A stretch of 64,000 nucleotides of DNA from Nitrospirota bacterium (lineage in GTDB: Bacteria > Nitrospirota > UBA9217). Location of the stretch: NCBI GenBank assembly GCA_963751455.1, contig CAVVUN010000015.1:192001-256000 (forward strand). The letters are read 5' to 3'. The notes under the pieces are model-generated. The model was not told the origin of the DNA, searched no databases, and saw only the letters and a list, made by a program, of their open reading frames with translations. The translations under genes were made by a program, and so were the position numbers. Below, piece after piece: positions 44,630-57,880 of this stretch (positions are counted from its first letter, which is position 1; each line of letters starts with the position of its first letter).

Positions 44630-47107
44630 ATGGATCGTCGAAGCGTTGATCAACCTTTGTCTGATAACAGGAATGTTCTGGGGGAGGTGCTCGCGGAGCA
44701 GGTGAGGCAGATCTATGCGCTTTCAATGTACGGAAGCATTGCGACGATCTTTAATTCTTTGATCGTTTTTTTCATCCTGCAGAACGTGATGCCGAAGTGG
44801 ATCTTGATCACCTGGCTTACAGTGATCTTAACGGTTACTGCGTACAGAATTGCCCTCGTCGTGTCCTACCGGCGGTTCCAGCCAGGGCCGGATACGGCAC
44901 GTACCTGGAAAATCAGGTTCCTTGTTGAATTATCCGTGATTGGCTTTATATGGGGGAGCCTCGCGTTTTTTCCTTTTTCAAGCCTCTCCATCACTCACGA
45001 GGTGTTTATCGCCTTCGTGCTGGGCGGCATGGCAGCAGGCGCGGCTGCCACGTTCTCGGTATTAAAAGAGGGGTATCTCGCCTACAGTATTCCGGCTGCG
45101 GCGCCGCTCGCTGTCAGGTTCTTTCTCGAGGGTGACGTTATCCATTACGCGATGGCAGCCATGCTCTCTTTTTACGGTCTCCTGCTCTGGAGAATATCCA
45201 AGCGCCATTACCTTGTCAACAGGACGTCGCTGCTGCTTCGGTTCGAGAACAGGGGCATGATAGAAAGCCTCAAGGGAGCCCGGGAGAAGCTTCTCGAAGA
45301 GATCAATGCGAAACTCAAGGCGGAGGCGGAGCTGAGGGCCCACCAGGAACGCCTTGAGAAGACCGTTGAGGACCGGACGAACGAGCTCCTCCAGGCGAAC
45401 GAGAAGCTCAAAGATGAGATCGAGGAGCGGAAGCAGGCTGAAGAGCGCCTGGCCCTGGCACAGAAAGCGGGCGGTGTGGGCGTTTTCGACGTGGACCTCA
45501 TCACCCGTAGGGGGGTCTGGACCGAGCAGATGGAAGAACTGTTCGGACTTCCCCCCGGCGGTTTCGAAGGAGGGTACGAGGACTGGGCAAAGAGGGTGCA
45601 TCCCGACGACCTCCCGGTCGTTGAAGACCAATTCCGGAAATGGCTGGGCGAGGGCCGCAAGCAGGTGGCGCTCGAGTACCGGTGCATTCGGGCCGACGGA
45701 GAGACGCGCTGGATGGCGGTTACAGCCCGGTTCAGTTACCTGGCTGCCGGGAGGCCCTCCCGAATGATCGGCACGGCCGTGGACATCACCGACCGGAAAA
45801 GACTGGAGGAGGGAATCCTGCATCTGGCCCAGCACGATATCCTTACCGGCCTGCCCAACAGGCGCCTTTTTACCGAAATCATCAATCATGAACTCGCTCA
45901 GGCGCGTCGGACCCGGCATAAAGTCGCTCTCCTTTTCCTGGACCTTGACCGCTTTAAGGAGATCAACGATACCTTCGGCCATGAGACCGGAGACGAACTG
46001 CTCAGGGAGGTTTCCAAAAGGATCAAGGCTGGAATCAGAGAAACGGATGCCGCGGCCCGTATGGGGGGCGATGAATTCAACATCGTCCTGGCGGATCTCG
46101 TCCGCACGGAAGACATCACGCCCATCGCCCGAAAAATCATGGACTCGTTCAAAAAAACATTTACTGTTGCGGGGTATCATCTCCAGGTAACGGCCAGCAT
46201 CGGGATCAGCGTCTTTCCCGACGACGCCGAAGATATCACCGTCCTGTTCAGGTACGCGGATATCGCGATGTACCATGCAAAAGAGCGCGGCAGAAACGCG
46301 TTCCAGTTCTATAATACCGACATCAATATCCGATCGATCGAGAGATTGCGTTTTGAAAACTATCTGCGCCAGGCGCTTGCCCGCGGCGAATTTCTCGTGC
46401 ACTATCAGCCCCAGGTCGTTGTGCGCACCGGGCGGATCGTAGCCGCCGAGGCGCTCGTACGGTGGAGACATCCGGATTACGGACTGCTGGATTCGAAGGA
46501 CTTTGTTCCCGCCGCAGAATCCATAGGATTCATAGCAGCGATTGACATATGGGTTCTTAAAACCGCCTGCACTCAATTCAAGGCATGGATGGACAAAGGA
46601 TATATTTCCCTTCTGGTTGCCGTAAACCTGTCCTCGAGGATATTCCAGGACCCGGACTTTGTAGAAACGGTTTTAGGAATACTGGATGAAACAGGCCTTC
46701 CGCCGGACCGCTTGGAGGTCGAGATCACGGAAAGCATTGCCATGGACGACATCGAACGCACCATCATGGTCCTGAACCAGCTGGCCGCAAGGAGAATAGG
46801 CGTCACTATCGACGATTTCGGCACCGGGTATTCGTCGCTGAACTATTTGAAGAGACTGCCTATTAAGAGAGTCAAGATCGACCAGTCTTTTGTGAAAGAT
46901 ATTGCGACTGACCCTGATGACAGGGCCATCATTCAGGCTGTGACGGCAATGGCGCACACTATGAAGCTTTCCGTTGTTGCGGAGGGAGTCGAAACCGAGG
47001 ACCAGCTCTCTTTCCTGCGCTCGGCCGGATGCGATGAGGCGCAGGGGTATTTATTCGGCAAATCGCTGCCTCCGGAAGAGTTCAGAGAATTAATGACGGC
47101 GGCATGA
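44630..47107 (+). CDS. membrane PAS-GGDEF-EAL diguanylate cyclase/phosphodiesterase
   Basis: TM N-terminus, HDILTGLPNR, GGDEF, EAL, DDFGTGYSSL. Confidence 0.95.
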   Translation: MDRRSVDQPLSDNRNVLGEVLAEQVRQIYALSMYGSIATIFNSLIVFFILQNVMPKWILITWLTVILTVTAYRIALVVSYRRFQPGPDTARTWKIRFLVELSVIGFIWGSLAFFPFSSLSITHEVFIAFVLGGMAAGAAATFSVLKEGYLAYSIPAAAPLAVRFFLEGDVIHYAMAAMLSFYGLLLWRISKRHYLVNRTSLLLRFENRGMIESLKGAREKLLEEINAKLKAEAELRAHQERLEKTVEDRTNELLQANEKLKDEIEERKQAEERLALAQKAGGVGVFDVDLITRRGVWTEQMEELFGLPPGGFEGGYEDWAKRVHPDDLPVVEDQFRKWLGEGRKQVALEYRCIRADGETRWMAVTARFSYLAAGRPSRMIGTAVDITDRKRLEEGILHLAQHDILTGLPNRRLFTEIINHELAQARRTRHKVALLFLDLDRFKEINDTFGHETGDELLREVSKRIKAGIRETDAAARMGGDEFNIVLADLVRTEDITPIARKIMDSFKKTFTVAGYHLQVTASIGISVFPDDAEDITVLFRYADIAMYHAKERGRNAFQFYNTDINIRSIERLRFENYLRQALARGEFLVHYQPQVVVRTGRIVAAEALVRWRHPDYGLLDSKDFVPAAESIGFIAAIDIWVLKTACTQFKAWMDKGYISLLVAVNLSSRIFQDPDFVETVLGILDETGLPPDRLEVEITESIAMDDIERTIMVLNQLAARRIGVTIDDFGTGYSSLNYLKRLPIKRVKIDQSFVKDIATDPDDRAIIQAVTAMAHTMKLSVVAEGVETEDQLSFLRSAGCDEAQGYLFGKSLPPEEFRELMTAA

Positions 47108-47164
47108 CGCTTAGAGCGGCATAGGAGGCATTGCAAATTGCCAAGTGCAAAGTGCAAATTTGTT

Positions 47165-47350
47165 ATTTTCATTCTGCTTTTCCAGACACCCCTGCATCCC
47201 GTGAACACGCCCTACTCTCGCGCATCGCACTCGTAGACGCTGGGTGCAGGCTGGACGGCTGTGTTGATAGGTAAAATTGAAGACACTATGGCATGTCTGC
47301 GCGGCGTGAATGGCGGCGCAGAAAAAAAACAAGGATCTCGAACTTCCTGA
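47165..47350. repeat. mosaic palindromic intergenic repeat, copy D
   Basis: Reverse complement of part of 53330-53470; direct match to 42710-42750 and 42860-42925. Confidence 0.8.
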
Positions 47351-47390
47351 TAACCTTTTGGTTCAAGATCCGTTTTTTAGGTAGCTTAAA

Positions 47391-49589
47391 TCAGATCAAT
47401 AACAAGCCTTTTTCCCTCAAGGCTTTCCATTCCTTCGACCGCAGGAAAGTTTGAAAAGAAGTAGAAAAGCGGGTTTCGTAATGGTTCTTCAATTTCTCGA
47501 GCGACAGTAATTCCGCATTCGAAACGGAAAATCTAGGGAATAACGCATTCAACCATTCCCCTGTTTCGACAGGAGTCGTCAGCGTAAAAATATCCGTTTT
47601 GTTATTAAATATGAACCTGCTCCTTCCTGCCTGTTTTCCCTTCCCGGACAATTCGTCTTTTTCGTATTGAGGCAGGTTCTTGAGCCAGAGCAGTCTGGAT
47701 TTCATTTGTTGATTGTCAGGGGCCGGGCTGTCACTGGTTGCCTGTTCAACGTAGTTTCTTTTTGCAGAAACAGGAGGAACCTTAAAGTCGAACCAGTTCT
47801 TTACCGGAAAATCAGCACCGATGCCGTGCATGAAGTTATAAACCGCTTTGTTCAAGCCCGGGGCAAAAGCATGATGGTCGCAGCCCGAAAGGTCTTCATG
47901 CGCCAAATCATTTTTGGCAAATCCTCCGCTCGGAGAAGCGATAATCCTGATATGGTATTTTTGCGGATTTCGCCCCACGTCGCTGTGGACCGTTGCGGTG
48001 AAGAGATGCCAGAAAGCAGATTGTATGAGTCCTGCTTTGAAGAACTGGCGTACGATCTCGAGCGAATCGATCGTTTCCTCTGCGGTCTGGGTCGGGAACC
48101 CGTACATCAGGTACGCGTGAACCATGATGCCGGCTTGCCGGAAATTGCCACAGACCCTGGCAGCCTGACGAACAGTCACGCCTTTATTCATCAGTTTCAA
48201 CAGCCTGTCGGATGCCGTCTCAAGTCCTCCGGTGGCCGCAATGCAGCCCGATGCAGCCAGCAGGCGGCAAAGATCTTCGGTAAAAACGTTTTCGAACCGG
48301 ATATTCGCCCACCACGAAATGGAAATCCTTCTTCTCAACAATTCAAGAGCGAGCTCCTTCAGAACAGCCGGCGGCGCGGCCTCGTCAATAAAATGAAAGC
48401 CTGTCTGTCCTGTCTGGGCGATTACCTGATCGATCCTATCGACCAGCATTGGCGCGGGTACGCTATCGTACCGGCATATGTAATCGAGAAACGTATCGCA
48501 GAACGAACATTTATGCCAGTAGCAGCCGTGGGCAACTGCAAGCTTGTTCCATCTCCCGTCCGACCAGAGACGGTGCATGGGGTTCGCTATTTCGATGAGA
48601 GACAGATATTCGCCAGAGCTCAGGTCCGAATAATCAGGGCAACCGGTCTCCGCATGCGCAAAATCCTGTTCGACGGCATCATTTCGGTACTGCACTTTTC
48701 CTTCGGATCTTACGAATGTTCTCTTGAGATCAAATTCGTTCTTTTCACCTTCGAGAGATTTCAATATATTCAAAAAAGGGCGTTCCCCGTCGTCAAGTGT
48801 GATGAAGTCCAGGTAGTTAAAGACAGCAGGCTCTGAAAGCTCACGCAGCTCGGTATTTACAAATCCGCCGCCCGCGATTACTTTGATATGCTCATAATTA
48901 TTCTTGATGAAGCGGCCGCATTTCAAGGCGGAATAGAGATTCCCGGGAAAGGGAATTGTAATTCCCACAACATCGGGACGATTACCTTCGAGGTGCTTTT
49001 TCAGTAATTCGAGCAGCCACGCGTCGATGACATTGTCGGGCTGATCAAGAGCTTCATCGATCGGAGAAAAAGAATGCGCGGACATGCCGAGTTTTTCGGC
49101 ATACCTGCTGAAACCGAACCAGGGTGTGACTGCATCTTTAATGAGATCGCCGATGTCCTCGATATAGAGCGTTGCGAGAAACCGGGCCTTATCATTCAGG
49201 CCGATGCCTCCGAACGACCATTCCAGGTCCGGCAGTTGATCGAACCGGGACGCCTTCGGTAAAAAATTGTCGCTGCAGAGAAGCCCGGCAAGCGTATTGT
49301 CCCGGTATTGCAGAAAATTCATTATTGGCTCTATAGTTTGCAGATAATATTGCTCATTCTTTATGATCCGCAGTGAATTGGCGGAAATGGCAGCCTGGTC
49401 CTTTTTGACAAGTTCGAACAGCGTTTGAAACCCCGACCGGGAAAAAATCCTGTTGATCAGTTCGATGCCTAAATCAGCCTGGAATATGTCATAGCCATGC
49501 TGTTTCAAAAACCCCTTCAAATGCGGCGTTGCCGGATAGGGAGTATTGAGCTGTGTAAAGGGCGGAGTTATGAGCAGAATTTTAAGCAT
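47391..49589 (-). CDS. B12-binding radical SAM protein
   Basis: PPFTQLNTPYPA, GCYWHKCSFC (CxxxCxxC), GGLE, HAYLMYGFP. Confidence 0.88.
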   Translation of the reverse strand: MLKILLITPPFTQLNTPYPATPHLKGFLKQHGYDIFQADLGIELINRIFSRSGFQTLFELVKKDQAAISANSLRIIKNEQYYLQTIEPIMNFLQYRDNTLAGLLCSDNFLPKASRFDQLPDLEWSFGGIGLNDKARFLATLYIEDIGDLIKDAVTPWFGFSRYAEKLGMSAHSFSPIDEALDQPDNVIDAWLLELLKKHLEGNRPDVVGITIPFPGNLYSALKCGRFIKNNYEHIKVIAGGGFVNTELRELSEPAVFNYLDFITLDDGERPFLNILKSLEGEKNEFDLKRTFVRSEGKVQYRNDAVEQDFAHAETGCPDYSDLSSGEYLSLIEIANPMHRLWSDGRWNKLAVAHGCYWHKCSFCDTFLDYICRYDSVPAPMLVDRIDQVIAQTGQTGFHFIDEAAPPAVLKELALELLRRRISISWWANIRFENVFTEDLCRLLAASGCIAATGGLETASDRLLKLMNKGVTVRQAARVCGNFRQAGIMVHAYLMYGFPTQTAEETIDSLEIVRQFFKAGLIQSAFWHLFTATVHSDVGRNPQKYHIRIIASPSGGFAKNDLAHEDLSGCDHHAFAPGLNKAVYNFMHGIGADFPVKNWFDFKVPPVSAKRNYVEQATSDSPAPDNQQMKSRLLWLKNLPQYEKDELSGKGKQAGRSRFIFNNKTDIFTLTTPVETGEWLNALFPRFSVSNAELLSLEKLKNHYETRFSTSFQTFLRSKEWKALREKGLLLI

Positions 49590-49802
49590 TATTATTCGGC
49601 GGCCTTTGTTTTTCAGCAAGTAAAGGTACTCTGTACCTGCTCTGTGCAATCTTACTGGAGTCCGCACACTTTGGCAAGCTTCTTCCAGCGAAACGCCGAA
49701 CGGACTCTTTTTGAATTGTAAATTGTTTTTTGGCATGGCATAATCACAAACACATCATCGATGGAATCCTTCGAATGCACTGTTTCTCCATTTTCAAAGC
49801 TT

Positions 49803-51641
<1,839 letters not shown>

Positions 51642-51942
51642 CCAGGCTTTTTACAGAAAACGACAATTGGACAGTGATCACGTGAAGCTTGTTTTTATTA
51701 CTCAACGATTGATTGTTTGTCTTAATCCGCGTTTATCCGATTTTATCTGCGTCCAAGAGATCTTATCAGGATTTTGGATTCAAGGCGCAGGCACTTTAAC
51801 GTAAATACGGCATTTGGACCACTGATAAAAAGTTGAAAAGCAAAAATCAATGGCGATACAGAATGTTGTATCCGTGTTCATCCATGGTTAATTGCTTTTT
51901 ACAAATCTGCGAAATCTACGGACTCTTTCAAAGGAGTGCCAC

Positions 51943-53184
51943 ATGCATTTTCAGCCTTTTCTCGGCATTATCGTATTTCTCGGCATTGCCTGGATCATCA
52001 GCGAGAACCGGAGGGGAGTCAGGTACACGATCGCGTTGACCGGTGTTATTGTGCAGTTCTGCATTGCGGCGATCCTGCTCTATGTTCCGTTCTTTAAAAA
52101 ATTCTTTCTGTTTCTGAACAACGTCGTTCTCGCCCTCGAATCGGCGACTCGGGCGGGAACCTCTTTCGTATTCGGTTATGTCGGAGGAGGGACACCGCCT
52201 TTCCTGCTGGAAAACCCGGGAGCCAGCTTCATTCTTGCCTTCCAGGCCTTGCCGCTCGTCCTCGTCATCGGCGCCCTGTCGGCGCTCTTGTTCTACTGGA
52301 GGATCCTTCCTTATATCGTGAAGGGCTTTTCTTTTGTGCTGCAGAAGACGATGAACATCGGAGGCGCACTCGGCGTGGGCGCATCTACAACGATCTTCCT
52401 CGGCATGGTGGAGGCCCCGCTCGTGGTCAAACCGTATCTTAAAACCATGACCAGAAGTGAGCTCTTCTCGCTCATGACGGTCGGCATGGCGTGCATCGCC
52501 GGTACTGTCATGATCCTGTATGCCACTTTCCTGAACGGCGTGATCCCGGACCCGCTCGGCCATATCCTGATCGCATCTTTTATCCATGTAGCTGCCGCGA
52601 TCACGATTGCCCGGATCATGGTGCCGGAAACAGGAGAAGAGACATCAGGAAGCTTCATACCGCAAAGAACCGCGACAAGTTCCATGGACGCTGTTGTCAA
52701 GGGGACCATGGACGGCCTGCATCTCCTGCTGAACATCATCGCGATGCTTGTCGTGATGGTCGCCCTTGTGCACCTCGCCAACCTGCTGATCGGCCTGATG
52801 CCTGACGTCGGAGGCAGGTCACTCACCCTCCAGCGCATTCTCGGGTTCATCATGGCCCCGGTTGTATGGCTCTTCGGTATTCCCTGGGCCGAGGCGCAGA
52901 CAGCGGGCTACCTCATGGGAACCAAGACTATTCTGAACGAACTGCTGGCGTTCCTTGAGCTTGCGAAACTTCCGCCCGGTTCTCTCGATCCCCGGAGCAG
53001 GCTGATCATGACGTATGCGCTCTCTAGCTTCGCAAATTTCGGGAGTCTCGGAATCCTCATCGGCGGCCTCGGCAGCCTGGCGCCGGAACGGCGAGACGAA
53101 GTTGTGTCGCTGGGCATGAAGGCCCTGGTCAGCGGCACCCTCGCCACTTGCATGACGGGCGCCGTGATCGGAATATTTACATAA
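51943..53184 (+). CDS. nupC: concentrative nucleoside transporter (NupC/CNT family)
   Basis: FLGMVEAP, MACIAG, K..LNE, FANFGS.GI. Confidence 0.9.
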   Translation: MHFQPFLGIIVFLGIAWIISENRRGVRYTIALTGVIVQFCIAAILLYVPFFKKFFLFLNNVVLALESATRAGTSFVFGYVGGGTPPFLLENPGASFILAFQALPLVLVIGALSALLFYWRILPYIVKGFSFVLQKTMNIGGALGVGASTTIFLGMVEAPLVVKPYLKTMTRSELFSLMTVGMACIAGTVMILYATFLNGVIPDPLGHILIASFIHVAAAITIARIMVPETGEETSGSFIPQRTATSSMDAVVKGTMDGLHLLLNIIAMLVVMVALVHLANLLIGLMPDVGGRSLTLQRILGFIMAPVVWLFGIPWAEAQTAGYLMGTKTILNELLAFLELAKLPPGSLDPRSRLIMTYALSSFANFGSLGILIGGLGSLAPERRDEVVSLGMKALVSGTLATCMTGAVIGIFT

Positions 53185-53214
53185 CCATGGATTGTTTTTT
53201 TGTATTATATAGCC

Positions 53215-53650
53215 ACAAAAACAAGGATCTGAACATCATGCCATGAAGTTCAGCCTGTATTCGCGCTATGCACTCATAACCACGCCCTGTACTCGCGCTG
53301 TGCGCTCGTGGCACTGGGTGCAGGCTGGCCGCAGGCAAGATCCTTGTTTTTTTCTGCACCGCCATTCGCACTGCCGCGCAGACATGCCAGAATGTCTTTA
53401 ATTTTACCTTTCAATACAGCCGTCCAGCCTGCGCCCAGCGTTTACGAGTGCGATGCGCGAGTGCAGGGTGAGCGCTGAGCTTCGCACGCGCATGCATGAT
53501 TTGTGATTTGCCGACTCGAGTTCGGTCATGTAAAGCGCGGTCGGTGCTCATGGGATGCAGGGGTGTCTGCGAAAAAGAAAAAGGCCCTAAGCGACGAGCT
53601 GCCTAAATGCGGAATCCTAAACGTCCTGCCAGGATGTTCGAGATTTTTTA
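53215..53650. repeat. mosaic palindromic intergenic repeat, copy E
   Basis: Begins AAGGATCTGAACATCATGCCATGAAGTTCAG and ends with a related palindrome. Confidence 0.85.
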
Positions 53651-53776
53651 TTTTTTAGCACCGTCGTAGATATCGCCGCTAAAGCCCCTGTTGAGCACAT
53701 CGCCTTACACCAGCACCACCGAAGACGGCTGCTGTAAACCGTATTCTTTCCCGAATCAATCTGATATAATGTCAGC

Positions 53777-55399
53777 ATGCGGTTTTTTCATTACAGGTTT
53801 TTTCAAGGGGTTGCAGTGTTCCTGCGGGTGCTTCTGAGCTACAAGCTGCTGGGAATCCGGAACGCTTTTGCCCCGCCCCCGCTCCGGCAGGAACGCCTGA
53901 AAAGACTCCATGCTGCGAACGCGCGCATGCTGCGCGAACGCATGGTGGAGATGCGAGGTGTCCTTATCAAGATAGGGCAGTTCATGTCCTCCCGCGTCGA
54001 CGTTCTTCCCGAAGAATATACCGATGAACTCTCGAAGCTGCAGGACCAGGTCCCGCCGGCCCCCTTTTCCGACATTGTACGACGCGTGACCGACGAGCTC
54101 GGTCCCATCGACCAGGTCTTTTCATCCTTCGATGAGAAGCCTATTGCTTCGGCGTCCCTCGGACAGGTACACTATGCCTGCCTCAAAGACGGGGACTGCA
54201 TCGTCGTCAAGGTGCAGTATCCCGGGATCGAGGACGTGATCGCGGCGGACATGAAGACGCTCAAGTTCGTGATCCGCATCCTTCGCGTCCTGTACCCGCA
54301 GATAAACCTCGATGTTATCTATTCCGAGTTTTCCCGGATCGTGCAGGAGGAGCTGGACTATATTCATGAAGCGAAGAACGCGGAGACCTTCGCCCGGAAT
54401 TTCTCCAAGAACGAGCGGATCAAGATACCGATCGTCTACTGGCCGTTCACGACGTCAAAGGTGCTTACGCTCGAGTATCTCGAAGGAATCAAGATCACGG
54501 ACTTCGACGAGATCGACAGACAGGGGATCGATCGCAAAGAGATCGCCCGCATCCTGGCCGAGGCGTATGCACAGATGTTTTTTCTCGATGGCCTCTTCCA
54601 CGGCGATCCGCACCCCGGAAATCTTTTTGTGCGGCCCGGACCGGAAGTCATACTGGTGGACTTCGGCATGGTCGACCGCATCTCGTCGCTGCGGCGGGAA
54701 GCGCTGCGCCGGGGCTTTACGGCTGTCGTGGATCGCGACAGCCTCGGGCTCGTCCGGTCTCTCGTGGATATGGGTTTTATCCCGCTGACCAAGGACATCC
54801 AGCCTATCGTCCAGTTCGTGGAGCGCATCATCGAGAAATACCGGGACATGTCGCCGAGCGAGTTCAAGAGCATGGACATCAACGATATCGGCCGCGATAT
54901 ACAGGAGGCCCTGCAGCTCAATCCGGCAATCCAGATTCCGAACGATTTCATCCTTTTCGGAAGGGTGATCGGCATGCTGAACGGCCTGGGATTGCAGCTG
55001 GACTCAGAGACCAACATCATCGAGATCGCTGCGCCGTTTGCACGCCGGTTCATTCGGGCCGAAGAGTTCTCGGCCGGCCGCCTGCTGCAAAATGCCGGCA
55101 CATCGGCCCGTGCCGCCCTGAAATTGCCGCGGCAATTGAGCGATTTTCTGGTAACCACGAGCAGGGGCGAGACCCGCGTCGAGATTACGTCGCAGCATAT
55201 CGCAGACGAGTTGAGAAACATCTCCCGCATCGGAAAGGGCTTTATCTTCGCCGTTTTGAGCGCCGCGTTCGCTCTTGGATCGATCTTTCTGCATATCAAT
55301 CATTTTGATGCGGAAAGTTGGTGGGCAGCTGCTGCTGCAGCCGTATTTTTTCTCTGGGTGGTTCATGTTCTGAGGAAAACGCCCGGCCGTTCCGGCTAG
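53777..55399 (+). CDS. AarF/ABC1/UbiB family kinase
   Basis: IKIGQ, IASASLGQVH, VKVQYP, FHGDPHPGN, DFGM. Confidence 0.93.
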   Translation: MRFFHYRFFQGVAVFLRVLLSYKLLGIRNAFAPPPLRQERLKRLHAANARMLRERMVEMRGVLIKIGQFMSSRVDVLPEEYTDELSKLQDQVPPAPFSDIVRRVTDELGPIDQVFSSFDEKPIASASLGQVHYACLKDGDCIVVKVQYPGIEDVIAADMKTLKFVIRILRVLYPQINLDVIYSEFSRIVQEELDYIHEAKNAETFARNFSKNERIKIPIVYWPFTTSKVLTLEYLEGIKITDFDEIDRQGIDRKEIARILAEAYAQMFFLDGLFHGDPHPGNLFVRPGPEVILVDFGMVDRISSLRREALRRGFTAVVDRDSLGLVRSLVDMGFIPLTKDIQPIVQFVERIIEKYRDMSPSEFKSMDINDIGRDIQEALQLNPAIQIPNDFILFGRVIGMLNGLGLQLDSETNIIEIAAPFARRFIRAEEFSAGRLLQNAGTSARAALKLPRQLSDFLVTTSRGETRVEITSQHIADELRNISRIGKGFIFAVLSAAFALGSIFLHINHFDAESWWAAAAAAVFFLWVVHVLRKTPGRSG

Positions 55400-55584
55400 A
55401 CCGCTCTTGCCGAAGCAGTTCTCCTTCTTTAATCCGATACAATTTTCCCCTCTTGCTGGTTATACCAGTTATCCTTTCATCACATTGACTCTGCCGCTCC
55501 TGCTGATAGACTTAAACAAGAAGCTTACAGTCCGCTCGGGCAGAGCAATCTCGGATAGATACACTGCTCTGATGGCGACCGCTC

Positions 55585-56676
55585 ATGACCGCTTTTATTC
55601 AAACGCTTTTCACCTGGCTGGAACTCGTATCGCTTGCTTTCTGCATAGCTGTCCTCGTATTCCGGATTCCCGGATTCATCCCGTTATCTCCGGTTCTTTC
55701 CGATCGTGATGATGTATTCACCCCGGGTTTGTGGCGTATATTCGGAACAGCAGTTGCCGCGATCATCGTGGTGAGCTGCAGCGAACTGCTGCTGCATGCA
55801 GGGGACATGAATGCGGGGCAGGGACGGTATTTTGTGACTCCGATTTCCCCTATCCTGCTTGGCACCGATTACCGCGCCGTATGGCTCATCCGGATCGCCG
55901 CTGCGCTCCTGTTGTTCATCGTCATAATTACGGACCGGAGGCAGAATGATTCCTCCGCCATGCGCTACTTTATGCTCGGTCTCAGCCTCGTCCTCGCCTG
56001 GACTCAAAGCTCTTCCGGCCATGATGCCGTTGAAGGGAATTTTACTTCGAAGAAAATCATAGACATGCTCCATCTCCTGGCCGCTTCTGTCTGGGGCGGA
56101 GGACTTCTCGTTCTGTCGGTTGTCGTCCTGCCGTCGCTCGTTAAAAGGGGCGACCTGGTAATGATGGCCCGGATCAGCCGAAGATTTTCGCGTGTATCGG
56201 GCCTCGCCATAATCCTCATTCTGGTGACGGCCGTCTTTCACCTCTGGCACTCGGTGGGAAGCCTTCAGGCTCTCTGGAAAACAAGCTATGGGCTGACAGT
56301 ATTTGCGAAAATCGGACTACTGTATTTTCTGATTCTTCTCTACGCATTCAACCGGTTCGTGAGCGTACCGGTCCTGGAACAATTGACAGGAGTGCAGGTG
56401 TACGGCCCCGGTGTGATCGGCCAATATGTTTCAACGGCATTCGACCGTTTTCGCGACTATCTGTCCGTGCACATCGCGTACGTGTTCGTCAAGGTTGTGC
56501 TTGCCGAGGCGGTGCTTATGATCGCGGTTTTTCTTTGCTCGGCACTGCTCCGGCATGAAACTCCCGCTGTTAAACTCGAGCGTCTGGAGCACCTTCAGAA
56601 TACTATCACCGCCGGTTACACTATTATGCTTGGGGACATCGCGGTGTCAAACGGGGACAAGCCGGAAAAGCTTTAA
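55585..56676 (+). CDS. CopD family copper-resistance membrane protein
   Basis: SGH, LHLLAASVWGGGL, RFS, T.YG..K. Confidence 0.8.
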   Translation: MTAFIQTLFTWLELVSLAFCIAVLVFRIPGFIPLSPVLSDRDDVFTPGLWRIFGTAVAAIIVVSCSELLLHAGDMNAGQGRYFVTPISPILLGTDYRAVWLIRIAAALLLFIVIITDRRQNDSSAMRYFMLGLSLVLAWTQSSSGHDAVEGNFTSKKIIDMLHLLAASVWGGGLLVLSVVVLPSLVKRGDLVMMARISRRFSRVSGLAIILILVTAVFHLWHSVGSLQALWKTSYGLTVFAKIGLLYFLILLYAFNRFVSVPVLEQLTGVQVYGPGVIGQYVSTAFDRFRDYLSVHIAYVFVKVVLAEAVLMIAVFLCSALLRHETPAVKLERLEHLQNTITAGYTIMLGDIAVSNGDKPEKL

Positions 56677-56713
56677 CCACAGATTGATCAACTTCAGCGA
56701 CAGGAGGGATGAT

Positions 56714-57118
56714 ATGAAAGGATACGTGGTTGATATTGAAAAGGCGACAAAGCAAAACAATTACTTCCGGAAGGTGCTTTATACCGGGAAAAACAGCCAG
56801 CTCGTGCTGATGTCCCTGAAGCCCGGAGAAGACATCGGCGAGGAAGTACATCATCTCGACCAGTTTATCCGCATTGAAGAAGGAACAGGAAAGGCCGTTC
56901 TGGACGGGGTGGAGCATGCCATTGAAGATGATTACGCAGTAGTCATCCCGGCAGGCACAAAACACAATATCGTGAACAGTTCGAAGGATACGGAAATGAA
57001 GCTCTATTCCGTTTATTCACCGCCCGAACACAGGGACGGCGTGGTGCATAAAACGAAACCCGAAGCGATGGCCGACGATGAGGAGTTTGACGGCAACACT
57101 ACCGAAAAGGCGGCTTAA
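56714..57118 (+). CDS. cupin domain protein
   Basis: QLVLMSL.PGEDIGEEVH..DQF, IPAGTKHN, PPEH. Confidence 0.9.
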   Translation: MKGYVVDIEKATKQNNYFRKVLYTGKNSQLVLMSLKPGEDIGEEVHHLDQFIRIEEGTGKAVLDGVEHAIEDDYAVVIPAGTKHNIVNSSKDTEMKLYSVYSPPEHRDGVVHKTKPEAMADDEEFDGNTTEKAA

Positions 57119-57119
57119 C

Positions 57120-57800
57120 AAAAACAAAGGATCATGGACTTCATGCCAGGAAGTTCAGCCTGTATTCGTTTATGGCCGCGCTTTCGCTAGAGCAGGCTAC
57201 GTTGCGCACAATGCTTAGACTCGTTGTCGTACCATCTCGCTGAGAACCGCGAGACGGGAATCAAGGGCCTCATAACCACGCCCTGTACTCGCGCTGTGCA
57301 CTCGTGGCACTGGGTGCAGGCTGGCCGCAGGCACGATCTTTTTCTGCACCGCCCATAGAATTATCTTTGCCTGCACCCGGTCGGTTACGACTGCGGCAGC
57401 GGGGAGTGACGGGTGTCCACTAGCCCCTCTCCTTCCGGGAGAGGGACCGGGTGAGGGGCTACATCTGCAGCACCGCGCAGACATGACAGGATGTTTTCAG
57501 TTTTACCTGTCAGCCGCCCATTGCGCTGAGTATCGCTGCGCTTCGCACGCGCATGCACGATTTCTGATTTACCGACTCTGCTACCGGTCCTGTAAAGCGC
57601 GGACGACTTGCACCCAACGATTTCGAGCCTGCACCCGGTTATTACGAGTGGTACCGCGAGTATGGGGTGTGCGCAAGCGCGAGAGTAGGGGTGCTCGCGG
57701 GATGCAGGGTGGCATGGGAAAGCATGACAGAGGCGGCCAAGCGATGAGCTGCCCAAAAAAACAAAAGACCATGAACGGCCTGGCATGAAGTTTAAATCTT
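57120..57800. repeat. mosaic palindromic intergenic repeat, longest copy F
   Basis: Contains most modules seen in copies A-E; related palindromes at both ends. Confidence 0.85.
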
Positions 57801-57823
57801 TTTACGGTCTGCATTAGACAAAT

Positions 57824-57857
57824 AAAAAAGGGCTGCGGGAACTCCCGCAGCCCTTTC
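57824..57857 (-). terminator. Rho-independent terminator
   Basis: AAAAAAGGGCTGCGGGA-ac-TCCCGCAGCCCTTT. Confidence 0.85.
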
Positions 57858-57880
57858 TGGTTCAGGTTTTCGAAATAATA

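Noticed and set aside
45062-46576. 504-aa antisense ORF (also 47667..48836, 33501..34430, 28793..29752, 54436..55299)
   Set aside because: Shadow frames opposite well-supported genes in GC-rich coding DNA, with no motifs.
57215-57814. Small ORFs with mutual similarity here and at 42585-42965, 47111-47332, 53177-53371 and 37571-37810
   Set aside because: They are translations of the dispersed palindromic repeat, in several frames and on both strands, without RBS.
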